The notes beneath the pieces were generated by a model, which saw only the letters and a list, made by a program, of their open reading frames with translations, did not search any database and was not told the DNA's origin. Made by a program: the position numbers and the translations under genes. A stretch of DNA of 64,000 nucleotides from Tubiluchus corallicola (taxonomy: Eukaryota > Animalia > Priapulida), in contig JAQGDQ010000989.1 in the NCBI GenBank assembly GCA_030141605.1, positions 1-64,000 of the forward strand, in the 5' to 3' direction. Position 1 is the first letter of the stretch, and each line of letters opens with the position of its first letter. Below, in pieces: positions 36,530 to 48,353 of this stretch.

Positions 36530-37812
36530 CTAGAAAATTTAAAATTAAAATAGGTAACTTACACTCTTCAAAAAAAAAAAACACTGAAGTATGCATCTAT
36601 CAAGAAATTTACAAAGTTTAACAATTTTCTCAAAGCGAAAGTAACTTACACTCACATACTTTCATTTTTAGGGATTTGTTTTTCTGCGATAACTGATTTG
36701 ACAAAACTTCAAACAGCAATTAGAAGACTACAGGAAATAAATCTCACATTTCATAATAGTGAAATAATTCCAAACCACACATGTGCAACAGAAAACATAA
36801 CATATCGCTGTTAAGTAGCAAATCTACAACTACTTGAAATGAATTTTTGAAAGAAATATCAACTGAAAGATCCCAATTCCATCAAGTCAACAAATGCCCA
36901 AGAAACAGTAAAAGCATTTGACTTTTGCACTCTGCTGATAAAACGCAATGTTTCCTCTGTATGAAAATGCAAATCTTGCAAAAAATGAGTGACAGCTGAA
37001 ATCATTACATGTCGTATAACAGCAAAATTCTGCAAGCATAAATTTAACAATCTCGAGGAAATCCAAAGTTAGAAACATAACACTTCTGCAAAAGAATTAT
37101 ATTGTAGTGTTGATACAAGCTCACTAAATTTTAACTAACGGTTTGGAAGGGTGAACATTCTTAATCTACTTCAAACATTGGATAAGCAGAATTTTAATAC
37201 AAAAAATTTGCCTTCAAGACAAGCAGACAAAGCAGTTCTAGTCCATTCAATAACCATATTTATGAAAATAGTTTCTGGCGCACGTCAAAATTAGTGAACT
37301 AGATATCGATACCAAAAAATAAAGAAATAGTATTTTACCCAAAATGGTAGTATTAACAAGAATAAAGTAAATTTTGGATTCATGCTTTATTTAATCGAGA
37401 GATGATGACCAGAAGTTTAAAGAAAAAAATAAAATAAGCATAGATAAAATCGGCCATAAATCTAAAGCCAGATCTAATAAACACCCATATCCAACATCAA
37501 ACATCGACCTAAGTCTTTAAGTAATTCAGAAAACGTTACAAAGCTATGTGAGATAAATGACACACAACTGCGACGTGCATTTAGTTTTTTTCAGAGCACC
37601 ACATGTGACAATACATAGCATTCATACAAAAAGCCAAATAATAAGAAATCAAATTCAAGAAAGCATGAAACAGTCTGTAAAACGCCCAGTACACCACACT
37701 TAAAAACCAATCCAATAGCACATATGCGCACCAGCACACCAAGCCAAACCAGTAAATTTTAGACTAAAAATTAAAAAAAAAGTAAGTTGCAACAAGGCTT
37801 CGAAAACCATAC

Positions 37813-39029
37813 CTTCTGGAGTCCTATAAATGACTGTAGGCGAGTTAGGCCCATAACCCTTTTTATTTCTGGCTTGCATACGAAAATAGTATATTGTATC
37901 GGGTGTTAAGCTATCTATAACTTTGGTCAATGTATTGTGGATGACGCCTTCAACCAGCCATTCTCGATCAGGCTTTGTGTTATCAGTAGAATAAAATATC
38001 AAGTAACCTGAAAGATGAATCACCAGAACGTTAAGTGAAAAATGCCATAATATCATCAAAATAAGAAATTTTTTGATAAACGTATTCAATCAATGCTAGG
38101 AAATTTCGGAGCTCACAAAATCTTGTGCTACTGCAAAACTCAGCATTAGCATGAATGAACCACTAAAATGCTATACAAACCTGTAATTTTTCCATTGGGA
38201 ATTTTTGGTGGTTGCCAGTTAAGTCTGACTTCTGTTGGCTTGCCTTCCACAGGGACAATGGTAATATTACGCGGAGCACTACCAGGAGCTAAATAAATCA
38301 ACAAATAAAATTGAAAATATTACCAGTCATTTCTTAATCTTCAAAGTGGCTTTTTGTAGCAGTTCCTGTGATTGACAATGAGTGATAATGTTTTTGCTTA
38401 ATGAAAAGCACTGTGTCTATGTTATTTAAGAAACAATTATGCAGATCTAGTAGAATAATGACAAGTTTATATACCATCTTCATCTGTTTTGTTGTTGATG
38501 ACCATGCTGTACAGAGATTCGCTTCGACCTTTGTGGGCCTTCACAGAAAATTCGTACCAGGTATTTGGTGTCAGGCCATCTATCATGACAATCAAGTCGG
38601 TAGAGTTTAGATACCTGAACCTTGACCCCCCTAAAAACAAGTTTTCACACATAAGATCTAATTTTAATATCAACCACACCAAAACATTAGCAAGTGAAGA
38701 TGTAAACGAAAAAATAAAGAGTAGAAACTGTAACACAAATATAAACGAATTATTCTAATTTTCCTAATCAAAAGATAAAATAAGCAGCAATACACTGATT
38801 GTAAATGAGTATGAGAAAAAAGCAATAATCAGCTAGTCAGAGATGGTTCCTAAGAATTAATCAACTGCCAAGATTAGTAAATAAACCTATTTACCAGTTC
38901 TGTATCGCACAGTGTAGTAGCCATTGTCAGTTGCATGCTGAGATTTCGGAAGAGCGGGATCATTCCATGTCAACACCATCGTAGTGGACGATAGGACCAT
39001 AGTACGAAGGCCTTGTGGCGGATCTAGCT
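37813..39029 (-). CDS. Neogenin/DCC/Frazzled-like FN3 repeats 5-6 (4 exons)
   Basis: Exons 39029-38895, 38630-38475, 38288-38181, 38007-37813; all phase 1. LPKSQHATDNGYYTVRY, LTPNTWYEFSV..KGRSES.YSM, VEGKP..VRLNWQPP..NGKITGY.IFYSTD, LTPDTIYYFRMQARNKKGYGP are diagnostic of neogenin/DCC FN5 and FN6. Confidence 0.82.
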
Positions 39030-39290
39030 CTACATAGACATAGACATTTTTATTTATCTCCTCATTTACACCTATATACAAATTAACTATTTTTTTTAGT
39101 TATTGATTAAAAAGGATAAATTAAGCATAAAGGAAAGAGTTAAGGGGGGAAGGAGAAAGGGTAGCGAAAGACCAATTGGTCATCGAGTCAGCTACCCTTC
39201 TCAGGCTAGTGAAAATTGTGAAAAATTTGTGGTGCTGCTGTTAACATGAATTTATGGGGTGATACATTAAACATGAAAGCGAAATAACTA

Positions 39291-40290
39291 CCGTAAGACG
39301 GGGTGAGTTCGCCACTTTTTAGGGGCATTTTTTACGTTTCCTGCCATAGCAAGAGAATTACCCAACCGATTTTCTTAGTTCACGCTTTATATTGCCTTTC
39401 GAATGAAACACTATCGTGGGGTGAATTCGACACTAACAATTTAACACTGTTTAATGCCATTCTAGGCAGCTGAAGTTAACTGGTTGAGATTGGCTGGTTG
39501 GGGGTGAGTTCGCCACCCTATGAAAAAATTATGAAAAATATCTAGTTTTAGCCGAATTATTGAAAATGTTCGATGGTGGGACGTTTTCAATAAGGGGCCC
39601 TACGTTGCCAAGGAAGGCTTGAACGTCTTGTGCACTGATCTTATCGCGGGCGCCCTTGATGTTGCCAGCCACTCTGAAAACCAGATTGTTCCTTCGGGCG
39701 AATGATTTGACAAAGTCTATTCCAGGGGTGTTTGCCTTGAATCGTCGTTCCTGGATTCCCTTCGCGTCAAGAACACTCTTAATCAGTAGTCGGAGATCGA
39801 TGGCTGTCATTGGGAACCCCACTCAGCGGCCACTTGGAGTGTTGGCGATTTCGTGCTTCTCGGCGGCGGAGAACACTGGCTGACCTCCGGTCTTCCGCGG
39901 ATGACTTCCTGAGAGTTTGTCAGAAAGGGTCTTTCTTGGAACTCCGAATTGCCTCGCCGCTGCGCTGATTGTCCTGTTGGTATTCTTGACGGCATGTAAG
40001 GCAGCTTCCAGAGCTTCTGGGGTATAATTTTGGTATCTATAACCCGGTACAGGGGTGCAGGTGCGTGGCGTGTTAAGTAGCAAGAAATAGTAGACAAATA
40101 ATATGTAGCGCAGAATGGAATACTTCTAGTGCGAATTGAAAGAAGATAACTGTCCCAAACTGCATATAATGACGGTGATCATGATATCTGTTCATTAAAC
40201 ACTGAACAATAGTTACAGCAAACCTATAATGGCCATTACGTAAGGGGTGGCGAACTCACCCTCGGGTGGCGAACTCACCCCGTTTTACGG
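39291..40290 (-). mobile_element. pogo/Tigger-like DNA transposon, internally deleted (1000 bp)
   Basis: 25-bp TIRs CCGTAARACGGGGTGAGTTCGCCAC with a TA TSD and subterminal GGGTGAGTTCGCCAC copies. Frameshifted HTH-psq (YTPEALEAAL..AARQFGVPRKTLSD) and CENP-B HTH remnants; DDE domain absent. Confidence 0.93.
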
Positions 40291-41490
40291 TAAGTAAACT
40301 ATGCAACAAAGAAATAAAATGAAAAATATGAAATGATGATTAACAAAATATGTAAAGCATTTAACTAACCGAATAAAACAAAAAAACTAGAAAAAAGTCA
40401 AACCAAAAAAAAACAAAAAAAAACATAAATAATAAATTAAAAGAAAAAAATATGTATAATAAACTCAAACAAAATATAATGAAGCAAAGATATGCAATCG
40501 TGTCAAATTAAGTGTAATGATAAAATACTATGCAATGCAAGAACTAGTGCAGAAAAATGGAGCAAACAAAATATGTAGTGAAATTTGAGTATGTGACTAA
40601 ATAGACAATATGGCTCAAAAAATATAATAAAAACTTAATGATAACTGTGAAACAATGAGCAAAATAATCATAATAAAGTGAATATATATGAAGTGAGAAA
40701 AGCATAATATGGAAGTAAAAACATAATTGGAGCAGGCACAGTTATAAAAATTAAGTATGAGAAAAACTGTTGTAGTTGCTTGATTTGTTTGAAGATTATT
40801 GTTTACCTCCCCTTTTCATAGTTGTGAAGAAATAATAACAATTTTACACTTTGATGAGAAGATGTACTATGGTAATATAATTATAGTTAATATATTAGCT
40901 CAAGGGTAATACATTAACACTAACAGGGAAGATTTATCAGATTTGATCTTAGCAGAAAAGTCACACATGGTAATTAGAAATAAGAAGGGTCAATATCTAG
41001 CTACAACTGGCTCAATATCAATTGGCTTCAAAGTCTTTACTGTCTCGTTTTTGGGAGGTCTTAAATCTAAAGGCAAACTCGTGATATCAATGTTTCTCAT
41101 CCTTCGATACATTAACAAACGTATAATTCTTGATTCCGGACACAGTCCATTGATTCCGCACCCAATCGTTTCGCTAATCACCGAACTTTTAATTACCAGT
41201 ACCTCGGTCTCTCTAGCAATAGTTATAAACTAATCATAGTGCACAAACTGTTTTTTTACAAAATGATATAGCTGTAACCGAATCCTAACATAACCTGAAT
41301 CAAACCAGCCACTCATTAGAAAGCATTTTAGGTAGCGAACTCAACTGAAGGTTGACCTCTATGGTATCAACAGACTAAGAACAACTGAATTAAGGGTCCA
41401 AATGGTCTTGAAACACGACGAGCATTTTCGATACCAGGAATGCCTTAGGACGAGCAGCTAGCGGGGAGCTACACACCAGCTGACTTCGAG

Positions 41491-43090
41491 GTCAGTGGGT
41501 TCAGTAACCAATGGAACCTCACAGCGATCGTCAGTGGGCTCAGTAACCAATGGAACCTCACAGCGATCGTCAGTGGGCTCAGTAACCAATGGAACCTCAC
41601 AGCGATCGTCAGTGGGCTCAGTAACCAATGGAACCTCACAGCGATCGTCAGTGGGCTCAGTAACCAATGGAACCTCACAGCGATCGTCAGTGGGCTCAGT
41701 AACCAATGGAACCTCACAGCGATCGTCAGTGAGCTCAGTAACCAATGGAACCTCACAGCGATCGTCAGTGGGCTCAGTAACCAATGGAACCTCACAGCGA
41801 TCGTCAGTGGGCTCAGTAACCAATGGAACCTCACAGCGATCGTCAGTGGGCTCAGTAATCAATGGAACCTCACAGCGATCGTCAGTGGGCTCAGTAACCA
41901 ATGGAACCTCACAGCGATCGTCAGTGGGCTCAGTAACCAATGGAACCTCACAGCGATCGTCAGTGGGCTCAGTAACCAATGGAACCTCACAGCGATCGTC
42001 AGTGAGCTCAGTAACCAATGGAACCTCACAGCGATCGTCAGTGAGCTCAGTAACCAATGGAACCTCACAGCGATCGTCAGTGAGCTCAGTAACCAATGGA
42101 ACCTCACAGCGATCGTCAGTGGGCTCAGTAACCAATGGAACCTCACAGCGATCGTCAGTGGGCTCAGTAACCAATGGAACCTCACAGCGATCGTCAGTGG
42201 GCTCAGTAACCAATGGAACCTCACAGCGATCGTCAGTGAGCTCAGTAACCAATGGAACCTCACAGCGATCGTCAGTGGGCTCAGTAACCAATGGAACCTC
42301 ACAGCGATCGTCAGTGGGCTCAGTAATCAATGGAACCTCACAGCGATCGTCAGTGGGCTCAGTAACCAATGGAACCTCATCACAGCGATCGTCAGTGAGC
42401 TCAGTAACCAAAGGAACCTCACAGCGATCGTCAGTGGGCTCAGTAACCAATGGAACCTCACAGCGATCGTCAGTGAGCTCAGTAACCAATGGAACCTCAC
42501 AGCGATCGTCAGTGAGCTCAGTAACCAATGGAACCTCACAGCGATCGTCAGTGGGCTCAGTAACCAATGGAACCTCACAGCGATCGTCAGTGGGCTCAGT
42601 AACCAATGGAACATCACAGCAATCGTCAGTGGGCTCAGTAACCAATGGAACCTCACAGCGATCGTCAGTGGGCTCAGTAACCAATGGAACCTCACAGCGA
42701 TCGTCAGTGGGCTCAGTAACCAATGGAACCTCACAGCTATCGTCAGTGAGCTCAGTAACCAATGGAACCTCACAGCGATCGTCAGTGGGCTCAGTAACCA
42801 ATGGAACCTCACAGCGATCGTCAGTGGGCTCAGTAACCAGTGGAACCTCACAGCGATCGTCAGTGAGCTCAGTAACCAATGGAACCTCACAGCGATCGTC
42901 AGTGGGCTCAGTAACCAATGGAACCTCACAGCGATCGTCAGTGGGCTCAGTAATCAATGGAACCTCACAGCGATCGTCAGTGGGCTCAGTAACCAATGGA
43001 ACATCACAGCAATCGTCAGTGGGCTCAGTAACCAATGGAACCTCACAGCGATCGTCAGTGGGGTCAGTAACCAATGGAACCTCACAGCGA
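41491..43090. repeat. 39-bp tandem array, ~41 copies, open frames on both strands
   Basis: Unit GTCAGTGGGCTCAGTAACCAATGGAACCTCACAGCGATC. Reads (VTEPTDDRCEVPL)n on minus and (SVTNGTSQRSSVG)n on plus. Only one indel seen (+3 nt near 42378). Confidence 0.97.
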
Positions 43091-43517
43091 ACAGCAGAAC
43101 CTATGCGTTGCAGACGTATGCGCTCTTATGAGACTCTACGGCTTTTTATTGCTACGATAGAAAATCAGCATGAATATGAAATCACCTTCATTAAAGGAAA
43201 GGCCAAACATTCTGAAAAGTTAAGCTTTTATTTCGATACTGACGAAAATGTTAGAAAGACTTAGTAAAAAACGCAACAAGTGTTTTGTGTAATTAGTAAT
43301 TTCATGCTTGGGCACTCCCATTTTGAATGACTGAGGAAACCCACTGCACTGTCAATTTGTGTCAAAGGCATATGAGGTATATAAGAAGTTTTTACAAAAA
43401 ATATTTGTACGTGAACACTAGATAAGCTGCAGTGTGATTTCTAAAACTCTGGATAACAGCTTTATAAGAAGCACTTTCAGCGTGCATAGCGTGCAGCTAC
43501 AATACAGGTGCGCATAT

Positions 43518-44940
43518 TAGGGTGCACATATTATAACTTTTTTCTCCAATCTTTTTACAACTTTTCCTACTTTGGAGGTTTGATGAGATACTACCATGGG
43601 TAAATTTTCAGCTAGATTAAGCTTTGGGAACACGTGTCTCCACTTATGTTAAGATTTCGGAATGATGCTCATTTTTGTAGTAATTTGACAAACTTTAGAA
43701 ACTATTATGTCCACTCCACTGACCTAGCAATTTTCACCAAATAGTTTGCAATGATTAATAGTTATCGCACATAAAACTGTGACAGTTTTGCGTGATAGGA
43801 AGTTGCATCTGCAAAATTTAAAAATGTGTGTATTTTATACATATATTGCCATATGTTAACTAATGCTTTTAAAATTACGCCTATATTAATTTTTCAAAAA
43901 GCTGCTACATTGGAATGTAAGCCCTATTTGTTTTAAAAATCAATAACACTACCTTGCATTGTTTATTTGGCATTGTGATTTTTTAAATAAACTTGAATGC
44001 AACAACTGGCCAAACAAGTTACTCAAACCGTGCAGGTTCTTAGTCTTCTGACCCGCACTGGAGTCCACCACATGCTGTTAAGACAAACTCATTGAAACAG
44101 AATCATGTTCAAATTAATAACACTTAGTCCTGACTCATGTGCCTCCATAACGATTTTTGATGAGATGAGATATTACTCAAGGTTAAAGGTGTTGCAGTAG
44201 TAACTTGTTCATGTGTAGCGTACAAACTGATCACTGAACTGGCCTGCTTATAGTAAATGTATGTCTATTCTGTTTTTCCAGTGTTTCCATTAGTCCCATC
44301 ACATCATACAACTCTGAGGTGGTGAAAGAAGATGCCTTTCTTTATCAAGTAATCCCTCATCTCATCGAAAACATATACAGTTAATACATCTTGTGCTACA
44401 ATCTCTTCTGCTATGCAACAAATCTGCGTTCTGGATCCTTCTCTGACAGGGCCTCCATCTTGAATTGATAGTACAGTAGATCATTTCCAAGTGATGGCAA
44501 CAGATTATTTGGTAGCTTAGTAGGATAGCCGTATGGCTTGCTGCTAACTATTCTAGAGTTTGTGATTCACAAAATGTAAAAATAAACGGTTTCTAAAATG
44601 AATTTTTCTAGAGAAATAGCTGTTGAACAATGTGAACATTTTCAATTGATATTATAAAGAAATCACAATGCCAAATAAACAATGCAAGGTAGTGTTATTG
44701 TTTTTTAGAACAAATAGGGGCTTACATTCCAATGTAGCAGCTTTTTGAAAAATTCACACAGGCGTAATTTAAAAGCATTATTTAACATATGGCAATATAT
44801 GTATAAAATACACACATTTTTAAATTTTGCAGATACAACTTCCTATCATGCAAAACTGTCACAGTTCCATGTGCGATAACTATTAATGATTGCACACTAT
44901 TGGTGAATATTGCTAGCTCAGTCGAGTGTTTATAATAGTT
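43518..44940. mobile_element. Long-TIR (fold-back) DNA transposon relic
   Basis: ~290-bp arms 43700-43990 and 44650-44940 are inverted copies. The left end may extend to TAGGGTG at ~43518; the right arm is cut by a (TA)n run. The stop-riddled internal minus frame (GYPTKLPNNLLPSLGNDLLYY) may be a transposase N-terminus. Confidence 0.75.
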
Positions 44941-44941
44941 A

Positions 44942-44976
<35 letters not shown>

Positions 44977-47900
44977 CTATATTTATATATATATATAAAT
45001 ATATATATAATGTTAACGCTTAAGCTTATGTCTCATCAATTAAGAACGTGGTTTGCATCAAACCAAAATAACATTTCTCCACCTGTTCGGCAATGGTCAC
45101 TGCGGGCCATTTCATTACTAGTATACTCAGCGGGCTGAGCACTGCGTATTACAACTCACTACAGCACGTACGGTAAAGCGGGCGAAAGAAAACTGCAGAT
45201 AAGAATCAAAGTGGCGTTCATGTGGATGTGGATGCGTTTTTGGGGATGCGGAATAGATAAAATCGGTTTATACTGTTTTCAATGCACCCGTTTATGCAGT
45301 CTGAGTATGCGTTATACAGTCACTTATACTTCTTCGGCAGGCTGTTCCGCATGAAACGCATCCGCATCCTAATGCTACATAAAGCCACTAACAGTTATTG
45401 CGCTGAGACTTACGTCCACGATCAAGTGGAATGATAACGCTGTGGGCGAAAGTTTCTACTTGATTGATAGGAATACAGGGGGTTCCAATAACACTAAAAA
45501 TCGTTGAGAAAAAAATTGATGAAGATATGTATCGAACAGACTTAAAACCAAAAAATTCTTGGTTCTCAGAGTTATTATTTGCTAGTAGTATAGTGAATGT
45601 TACAGACACGATAGTAATCCATTTCTTATTTTTTATTACTAAATCACTATACTAGTACGAAACCAAACAGCGGCAAGTCGTAAGGGGATAATCCCTTTAA
45701 CAAGTGGACGAAACTTACCTGTAATTGTGCGCAACACATTGCCAAACAAATTGTCTGATCTAGGGTTAACACCTTAACTTTATTAGGAACTGCAACCGCT
45801 CTGTGTTTTAGTTAATCACAGAATGAACCAGGAAATTTACTGATTATTAATTACAAGCCTAATAATTACTGTGCACAGAGGTTCCGACGGGGCAAAGCAA
45901 AATTTTGACGATTTTGACAAACGCCATTACCGCGTTAGGAGCTTACTTCAGCTTCGGCGTGGTCAGCACATAAACACGCATTACAAGATTTGAAAGAAGT
46001 TTAAGAACCCTCATAAAGATCCATGAACGCGTAAACTTATAAGTGTGTGTGTATGATTGTGGCCTGGCTCTTGTGGGTTGTACAAATCGAAAAAAAAAAT
46101 CAAGAGTTGTTAAAAACACGCTGATGACAATTGGCAACGCAAACTGAAAGTAGCTTTGAAGCTTCCTGAATGCTGACGCTTTAACAGGCTTGTACTAGAT
46201 GACCACTGGAAAATGTAACGCAAATCACCTCACACAACTTTTGTGTGAAGCAACCTGAGGAGTGTACAATCACAGTAAAGAATTAGTAAAAGATTTTTGA
46301 TAGTTGTGATTAGCAGCACTACAGAAATATTATAAATGATGTTATGCTAAATTCTAATTTTATTGTAGTGTGATATGAATTTTTTGCGAGTGTGTTGTGT
46401 GATTGTAATATTGTTTGTTGTACTCAAAATAACGTTCGACTGTTTGTGATTTAGCTAAATGAACAGTACGTACATCAGACTTGTATAAGACAGTCAAACT
46501 AATGCACAGACCATTTTTCAGAAGTTTTATTTAACTTACATATTTGTTTCTGTGGTCAATAATATGGCAAGCTGCTGTACTCTGTTGCCGACATTCCTAC
46601 TTTCCTAAAGTAATCCAACGTTCTAAGTACTTTTACGCCCATTTAACATTCAGTAATGAAAAATAACTCGCAAGCAATTTCTTGTTTTCAGTTGAAAATT
46701 GGCGCTTCAACACCACATAAATTCCCTCATACTCACCCACGGCTAAAAATAAAATGTTCAAGGACAAACATTAAATATACTGTACAGCGCGCCACCTGGT
46801 TTAGTTCAGGCAGCGGTTACCAGTCTCATTATAAGGAACTTCTATTACAATCAGATTTACGGTTCACAGAAAATCACAGCCCGGAAAGCATGCTCATACT
46901 GTACAAAAAAAAATCAACAATGATTCACTGCTATACATACAGGAATATTTAATATCATCCAACAGGAAAGAGGTAGTAATTGAGAAATGTCGGTCTAAAG
47001 ACCCACAGTGATTTGTGATTGATAGTATGATATGCATGAAGTGCTTTAGGTTGAGAAATGCTGCCGCCGGAACAGAATACAGCATCCAGAAGTACCCAGA
47101 TCATGATAATATTTCTTTGAACTATGCAATTATCAAGCAACACACAGAGCTTTCTTTGGTAAACTATAAAAAACGCGTCTAATAGAGCTATTTCTTATAT
47201 GACATATTTATAGCATTATTAGCACATGTACCTTACTGTATCCGCTGGCCATAAACGCATAGACAATGTAAAATTCCTATTATCTTATTTTGGAAAGTTA
47301 AATGTGATAGCAGAAAAATATTTGATCACAGTTTAGCACAATGTAACAGCAAGTAGTAAGCAAATTGTTATCATTGTTGTAAATACATAATGGTTACACG
47401 TTGTAAATTGTAAAAACTTTAAACGTTGATATTGCATGTCGTGTATTTGTTGCAGTAAATCGGTCTTCATTTTTGAAATTATTGAGGAAGCACTGTTAAG
47501 CATTTTAGTCACACACACACAAATACATGTGTGACTGCGTGAATGTATTGTCATCATGCTGTTCTTCTTAAAACGTATTACATACTACTTACTGAACTCC
47601 TAAAATTGACTAAGCCATATATATAGCTAATAAAAATTGTATGTATTTAAACATATGTGTATGCTTTGTTGTTTAGAATAACACAAGTCACATATCTTTA
47701 ATAATACAGAAGATATTTTTCCTTACAGAAAACAGTAATACTGGGCCATCAATATTGATTAATAAATATTTTTAAATAGCTATCATCTCTAACTTAAAAA
47801 TTAAATATGAATGATATTCAATAAAGAGACATGTGCTACATTGACTTCCAATATAACTTTAGGTTCTAGCTCAAGCCATGCAACTTTAATTAGGCTAGTT

Positions 47901-48353
47901 GCTACTTGGAACAGTTCTTGACTTCTGTTTAAAGATTGCAAAAATACAACCCTGACCATTTTGCAGAGTATCCATAATCTTAATAACAAATGGCATAATT
48001 TTCACAACAATAAATATTATTAATTTTAGCAATAAAAAACCACTTAAACATAATAATAATAATAATATAAACAGGCTAAAATTAACTAAAATTTTGAAGC
48101 AAAAACTGGGCATCTTAAAATTCGACTAGAATTTGCCAACCACCAGTCTGCAAAACAAAATGAAAGACAATTTAAACTCACCAGTTTGAGTATTCACCAA
48201 TGAAAATAATGTCGTTATTATCAGTGACCACAACATCCATACAAACATCAAATTCTTTATGCCAGAAACATGATAATTAGAAGTCCTACTAAAGCCCATG
48301 TTATGTTTTAAGTTGGTCCTATCATAAGTCTGAACTCAGCACACACAATGTTT

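Larger units (their letters stand above)
32226..37338. repeat. ~2.3-kb tandem duplication, about 2.2 units, carrying FN3 exons
   Basis: Intronic block recurs at ~32226, ~34591 and ~36903; the exon triplet recurs at 33016-34211 and 35335-36529 with scattered substitutions. Confidence 0.93.

Noticed and set aside
40943-41233. Overlapping 96-aa (+) and 63-aa (-) ORFs next to the 39-bp array
   Set aside because: Non-ATG starts, no recognisable homology and no convincing splice pair.
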